A DNA stretch of 64,000 nt, taken from contig OZ316898.1 of the NCBI GenBank assembly GCA_973895155.1, forward strand, positions 14,228,330 through 14,292,329. Reading direction: 5' to 3'. Source of the DNA: Marsupella aquatica (lineage: Eukaryota; Plantae; Marchantiophyta). Numbering within the stretch: position 1 is the first letter of the stretch; each line of letters begins with the position of its first letter. The notes beneath the pieces were generated by a model, which did no database searches, had not been told where the DNA came from, and saw nothing but the letters and a program-made list of their open reading frames with translations. Both the position numbers and the translations under genes were made by a program. This document shows, piece after piece, positions 58,347 to 64,000 of this stretch.

Positions 58347-61300
58347 GTGAAATTCTTGATGCAACAAGTTTTGCACATTGGAAGTCACTAGCTGATAGGG
58401 TGGCAGACCCAAATGATTCCTTCACCTTTGATAGGACAGGTTTGACCAGGTGGAGTATACTAGCCACTTTGCCCTATTGGTCTGAGTTGAAGATCCGCCA
58501 TCTCTTAGACCCCATGCACATAGAGGGAAGTGGGGAAGGCTTTGATAAAGCATTTTTATGGGGTTCTAGAAGGACACTAATTTTAGAGAGGCATGCGAGG
58601 AGATGGAAATGCATCCAAATGTTTGGGTGACAACTGATCCTATCACAGGTGTGGAGAATCGTCCTTCTGCTCCTTGGGTGTTGAGTGTTGGCCAAAGACG
58701 TGAATTTCGGAACCGTATAGGAGAGATGCGGTTTCCTACAGGCTATGGTGCCAACCTTCGGAAAGCTTTTGGGATGGAGGACAATCACAAGTGGCCACGA
58801 TATCTGAAGACACATGACTATCATCACCTATTGCAGCATATATTGCCAGTGGCAATTATAGGTATAGGGAGTGAAGAAGTGCAAGATGTCATCTGGTCAT
58901 TGGGTCGTTTGTTGAGATGGATATGCTCAAAGGAGATATATGTAGAAGAGATCCCTGGGATGGAGGTATTGGCAGCTGAGGTGGTATGCAAGTTGGAGAA
59001 AGCCCTTCCTCCTTCCTTCTTTGATTGTCAGGTTCATTTACTTGTGCATCTTGTGCGGGAGGTTGCCATTGCTGGTCCAGTGCATTGTAGATGGATGTAT
59101 TGGCTTGAGCGTTACATGGCGGTGTTGAAGGCTTATGTACGTAACCATGCACGGGTGGAGGGAAGCTTAGCTACAGGATACTTGGCAGCAGAGAGTATGT
59201 TTTATTGTAGTAACTTGGCCACTATTGATCCTACTTGTCCACGTACTTGGATGGAGGAAAGAGAAGAGGAGGAGGACCATTTAACAAGTGCCACAAAAAC
59301 ACGCATGTTGACATCAATAGAGTGGTCACAATTGACAACATTTATGTTGAGTAATAGTAATATCATGGAGAAATGGAGAGAGTTTTATGAGAATGCCAAG
59401 AGAACAAGTCAAAGAGCAAGAATTTTTCCTAAGATGCATGAGTATATGAAGCAAAAGTTGCTTGAGTTGGATGACATGGTGACACAAGGAGGAGATGTGT
59501 CCCACTTTCCTACCATCACAGATGACGTTCGGACCATTGTTCATGGCCCTTTGAGAGTGGTGATATCCAAGACGGCTATGTGGACACAAGGGAGACACTT
59601 CAGGTCCACTAGTACCTAACCTTTCTTCCTCTATTAATTCATGTAGACCTTATTTTGATTAGTTATTTTTATTGTTTAAAAACTTTCTATTATAATTAAT
59701 GACATCCATAACTGTAATGTTGGCTTCTATATTTATGCCATAGGCCATGTGGGTTTTGGCTATTTAGGGATGGGTGTCATATTTTGATGATTATTACATT
59801 AATGATATCTTTTGTGTAATAAAAATTTGTGGGTTTTGTTAATTTCAGGGTTTCTTCCCTTGATGAGAAGAGGGGTCGTACTTTTGATTGTGGAGTTCAA
59901 GGGGAATTTTCTCAAGACTCCAGAAGCAGCCGCCATGACAGGAACATTGTTAGAGATGTTGTGCCACACTATGGGAAGATAGAGGAGATCTTGGTGGTAT
60001 CATATGACAACCATTCAAAGTTTGAGGAATATGTCTTCAAGTGCAAGTGGTTCAAAGTGAACCTTGTTGGTCAAAATTGCACTGTACTTCAAGATGAGAG
60101 TGGGTTTACACGGTTGAAGACAAGTGCTACTAGTGTTCAAGCATCTCATTGGCAAACATCAGAACCATTTGCTTTTCCATCACACTTGGAGCAATGTTTC
60201 TACATTCCATACCCCTTAGACACCGAGTGGTCAATTGTCATCACCTATGTGCCACGTTCTCGTTCCATTGTTTCTGAGAAGCCAGATGTTATTGTATCAG
60301 ACCTAGATGACCTTGAGGCCGATGAGGACCAAGTGTGAGGGACATATTTATATGCACTTGGGTCCAGCCTAGACATTTGTTCATGTTATATTTGATTTGT
60401 TCATGTTTGGTGATATAAAAAAAGTATTGTCTATATTTATATTTGCCATTCACTTTTGAAGAGTCATACTCATGACATATGTATTGTATTGTTTTATTGT
60501 GATCACTTGTGAATTTTACATGCAACTTTCTATCTAACCTCTGTTGCTCAATATAACTTTATTTCCTACTTATTCCATAATTTTCATTGTCACCCTCGTG
60601 TTTCCCTCCTCAGTGGTACGTCTATCCCTCCTCCTCCCTTCCTCTTTCTCCTCCCTCCTTCCTCTTCCATTGTACTCCCTCCCTTTTCCATCCTTCATTG
60701 TACCTCCCTCCATCCTCCCTTCCTCTTCCCCCCTGCCCCATCCATATATTGGACCATCCACCCTCTTAATTGTCTCACCTCACAAAAATTTTAATTTTTA
60801 GTTTGCGAACAATTTGCGAAGCTCACAAAATCTCACCGGACTCGCAATTTCTACAAAGCTTTTCGTTTCTCAATATTTCCATACAATACTCTTCGCAACC
60901 TTGTGATGCAAATTCAATCACAAATTTCATATTCTCATCGTTTCGCAAATCTTCCATCCTCTGACATTCTTAAACTTGTCAAACAAATACTATTGCAAAA
61001 CAATTTCAATCCAACCTTCTTCGCAAATATTTACATTAGTTAGTTTCGGAGTCGGCGAACGATTTTGGCGTCTTCATAAGGCGCATTTCCATTCGGCGCG
61101 TTTCGGTAAAACTTGCAAAATCATTTACTTCACAATTTATTAGCGATATAATGTGCTTCAAGTATTATCTTTGCGATAGGGATAGAATCGAAAATTGCGA
61201 TGCGGGTTGATTTGCAAATTATGCCAAGCGCCGCCCATCGGAAATACAAGAGCGTCGACAAAAATACCTTCGCAAAAGTGTCAAATATGTTGTTAATGGC

Positions 61301-61394
61301 CTGCAAATGCCCGGGTTTAGGGTAACCAATTATCTAGGAGAGGAGGGGGCCGGGCGAAAGGCACAAGGGAAGTAGGGCCCACGGGAAGCGCAAC

Positions 61395-61698
61395 CTCAGG
61401 GGCCTCAATCCAAGGGGTGTCTCATATCACGCTCAAAGTTTTGGGGGAATAAACACCCTAAAAGTTAAGTCAATAAAGTTTTTTTAATGAATTTTTTACC
61501 CCTAACTTAATGGAATATTCCAAGAATATTCCCATATTTGATTTTAAGAAACCCTATGATTCTTATAATTCTCAAAATTGGATTAAAATAACCCTAATGT
61601 TCTTCAACAAAAATTTAAAAGTATTTCACTAAACCCAATAAAAACCCTATACTTATTCATGCATGATGGGTCGAAAGAAAAGAAGTGAGGACCCCGGG
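61395..61698. mobile_element. MITE 2 (304 bp), related to MITE 1, 8-bp TSD
   Basis: Ends CTCAGGGGCCTCAA / GTGAGGACCCCGGG; TSD AGCGCAAC at 61387-61394 and 61699-61706; shares GGAATATTC..GAATATTCC, TTCTTATAA.TCTCAAAATTG and ACCCTA.TGTTCTTC blocks with MITE 1. Confidence 0.85.
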
Positions 61699-61976
61699 AG
61701 CGCAACCAAGCGGGAGGACCTTCATTTTTCAAAATTGTTTCTGCTATGTTGAGATTGAGTTGCAGCCGCAACATTGGAGAGGAGGCTGTCGAGTTTGCTG
61801 GAGGTGAAGCACTGTTGCGGCTACATTGGAGAGGAGGCTGGAGGTCGAGAACTGCTTCAGTCACATTGGAGAGGAGGCCAGAGGTTGAGAGGAGCTGTTG
61901 CTGCAACATTTGAGAGGTGTTGTGGACTTGCATTTTTTGTGCAGCACTTGCGGCTCAAGTTTTAGTTTAGTTTGCT

Positions 61977-64000
61977 CTCGGGGGTCTCACTATATGGAGG
62001 ACCCCCCCATCACCTGCGACGTTTTCATGCCTAGACCCCCATACTTATTAAGTTGAAATTTTTTTTTCCTCCCTCTTTCTTTCTTCTAAGAGTCTAAAAT
62101 CCAAATTGTATTGCCCCTATAATTTGTGAAGTAAAGTGTCACATATCAATATAAAATGCCTAGAAAGAAAAGATAAGTCTATGTCAGTACCTTGTGAAGT
62201 CGTATGTCAGACATGGCACGCCCTGCAACAGTTCTTGCACCTTTGTCGACCTTAAACTTTGATCATTTCAATGCATCATTTATATTGTGTACCTAAAAGG
62301 TCATCCCAATATAAACCTTACGTGCATAAGTGGGATGGCCTTTAAGGTCACAACATAAATAATCCATTCCACCCATTGATCACCAATCCCATGCTCCATC
62401 CATACTCCATTTAAAACTTATGTTGAGAGATGTAACATGTGACGGAGGGGAATTGAACCCCTAATTGAGAAAGGATCTCAAGTTGCCAATCCGTCACCCC
62501 CTATCCTATCCCACTACACCCACTAATATTAACAAAATAAAACATATATACAGACTCTCAAAAACTAAACAACAAAATAAAACATATATACAGACTCTCA
62601 AAAACTAAACAGTAACATGATATTCATACCATTGTTTGAAGATACTGATCCAAAGCACGTCTATCTATTGGATCCAACACATAGATACGATCCATAACCC
62701 CTTCTTTCATGGTTAAACTAACACTAGCAATGACCATTTCAATATCCATCCATTTCAAATCAGTGGTATCATATCTGAATTCACTTTTGCTCTTACCAAT
62801 AGGACTATACCAATTTAACAACAGTTCACAAATGTTACCTGATTGCCCTGCAAGTGGAGTTGGCCTATCCATCAAATCAATTGGTGACCGACAATTGCCC
62901 CACCTACTGCCATACTTCTGTCTCATTTGGACAATCCGACCCAACCAAAAATATTTCTTACCTGCTGAGATTGCCTCCACCACAACCTTATTCTTTCCTC
63001 CCTTTCTTTTTCCAGATCTAGTACTTGGAGCAGGACTATCATCAGACTCAAATGCAATTGCACAATCAGTGCCAACATCAACAAAACATGAGTTAGGATT
63101 GACTTCTTGCACTTTTCTCTTGCCAGTACTATAGTATAGCACTTGTTTCACCCTTGTCAGCCTATCTTTTGACAAATGCGGATTTCCTACCAACTGGCTT
63201 ACCAGAGTGGATTTGTAAATCACCTTGCCTTCATAAGTAACAGTAGGCACTACCTTGGTACGATTCTGTACATTAGTTACAGCATGGACAACTGATCCAA
63301 ACACATGCCGAACTTCATGACCTAATGTCTCAAGCTCATCTGAGGGGTCTACATCAAACTGTATATCATCTCTGTGTACATCATCTGAATGCATCTCAGG
63401 AACAACAATGGGATCTGGTTCTGTTAACCATGCATCTATTCTATTCAGATCATCCTCAGGATCTTCCAATTCATGAAAATCTCCAGTTGGGCGAGGACCT
63501 ATGTCTGGTGGTTGGTGCTCTACTTGCTCCTCAGAATCATTGCAAACAATTGCTTCCTTCAGAACCACCTCTAGTGGCCAGGTCTCACTTTCCACAACCC
63601 AAGGACATGTCCACCATCTCTTTCTAGCTGCTGGTAAGGAACTTCGTGGAGACATCTGCAATTGATGCATAAGATCCTTAGCAGCAACAAAACCTTCTTT
63701 AAGGGCTGCAACCACTAATTCATTAGTCTCAATGAGAGAATAGTCAAGTAGATTTGGTGCTTCCTCCCCTTCCCCTATAGGATGAATCTTCCCCCATACA
63801 TGATCTTGTTTCTTATGTGAACGACCTATCTTCAAGCCTTCTGGTCCATATTCTAGGGCAGCAAGCCGGTTCAGTCCAACAGCACTATCCAATAGAGAGC
63901 CAAAATCATAATTCCGCTCATGGCCACTCATGCCTCCTACCTTGCTAAAGAAAATCTCACAACAATCTGAACCTAGCAAGTGGAAGGGAACACCTAGATG
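61977..64000 (-). mobile_element. End of a putative autonomous partner of the MITEs (possibly P-element-like), truncated by the window edge
   Basis: First 22 bp CTCGGGGGTCTCACTATATGGA are identical to MITE 1; encloses a long minus-strand ORF. Confidence 0.75.
62624..64000 (-). CDS. C-terminal part of a probable transposase (P-like catalytic-Glu motif); 5' end outside the window
   Basis: Uninterrupted frame of more than 450 codons; HLGVPFHLLGSDCCEIFFSKVGG resembles the DxxExxFSxxxxxG motif around the last catalytic Glu of P-element transposases. Confidence 0.6.
   Translation of the reverse strand, partial: HLGVPFHLLGSDCCEIFFSKVGGMSGHERNYDFGSLLDSAVGLNRLAALEYGPEGLKIGRSHKKQDHVWGKIHPIGEGEEAPNLLDYSLIETNELVVAALKEGFVAAKDLMHQLQMSPRSSLPAARKRWWTCPWVVESETWPLEVVLKEAIVCNDSEEQVEHQPPDIGPRPTGDFHELEDPEDDLNRIDAWLTEPDPIVVPEMHSDDVHRDDIQFDVDPSDELETLGHEVRHVFGSVVHAVTNVQNRTKVVPTVTYEGKVIYKSTLVSQLVGNPHLSKDRLTRVKQVLYYSTGKRKVQEVNPNSCFVDVGTDCAIAFESDDSPAPSTRSGKRKGGKNKVVVEAISAGKKYFWLGRIVQMRQKYGSRWGNCRSPIDLMDRPTPLAGQSGNICELLLNWYSPIGKSKSEFRYDTTDLKWMDIEMVIASVSLTMKEGVMDRIYVLDPIDRRALDQYLQTMV

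Larger units (their letters stand above)
44636..60338 (+). pseudogene. TnpD transposase of element B, split by the gypsy insertion
   Basis: Exons 44636-44869, 45969-47142, 47260-47467 plus 58352-~59603, ~59849-60338. Motifs HACVNDCMLF, RLGLASDGVSP, WTMHDYP, LLDPMHIEG, PPSFFD, GPVHCRWMYWLER, VFKCKWF. Frame resumes across the insertion (DERE|ILDATSF). Confidence 0.92.
40695..61298 (+). mobile_element. CACTA element B (same architecture as A, inverted), termini degenerate, interrupted by gypsy
   Basis: TTCGCAA/TTGCGA clusters at 40720-41070 and 60800-61280 bracket the TnpA-like, SET and TnpD genes. Left TIR absent; right end possibly ...TGTTAATG (61298). Boundaries approximate. Confidence 0.8.

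Noticed and set aside
60570-60770. Short ORFs in a pyrimidine-rich tract
   Set aside because: Low-complexity sequence in the 3' region of element B.
62440-62500. GGGGAATTGAACCCC tRNA-like (B-box) segment
   Set aside because: Flanked by a short GTGACGG/CCGTCAC inverted pair, but I could not fold a convincing cloverleaf; tRNAscan-SE would settle it.

Overview
Eukaryotic, land-plant-type DNA (GT-AG introns, TTTAGGG motifs, plant TE families; probably a non-seed plant, which is inference). The window is almost entirely nested transposable elements and I see no convincing host gene. Left to right: (1) a possible hAT-like remnant, then a decayed Ty1/copia fragment carrying a 298-bp MITE with an 8-bp TSD. 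(2) A giant element at 8428-40694 (about 22 kb without its nested insert) with CACAAGGA TIRs. It encodes a divergent spliced CACTA/CMC-type transposase plus cargo: a Transposase_32-like domain fused to a RING-SNF2 ATPase, an RPA70-like OB-fold protein and a SAM-domain protein. (3) A complete 10.3-kb CACTA (element A, 27587-37917, TSD AAA) inside the SAM gene. (4) A related CACTA (element B, ~40695-61298) interrupted by a full-length Ty3/gypsy element (47468-58346, TSD GTGAA) whose 2.3-kb LTRs each contain a ~436-codon coiled-coil ORF. (5) A second MITE and the end of a putative P-element-like autonomous partner. Most striking: both CACTAs hold a SET-domain exon inside the first intron of the transposase gene, in phase with the shared zinc-binding first exon. 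Both also have a head-to-head TnpA-like gene, and each of the three DNA transposons has its own short motif clustered in its non-coding DNA, resembling a sequence-specific anti-silencing system. All domain calls are by eye; most genes carry premature stops or frameshifts.
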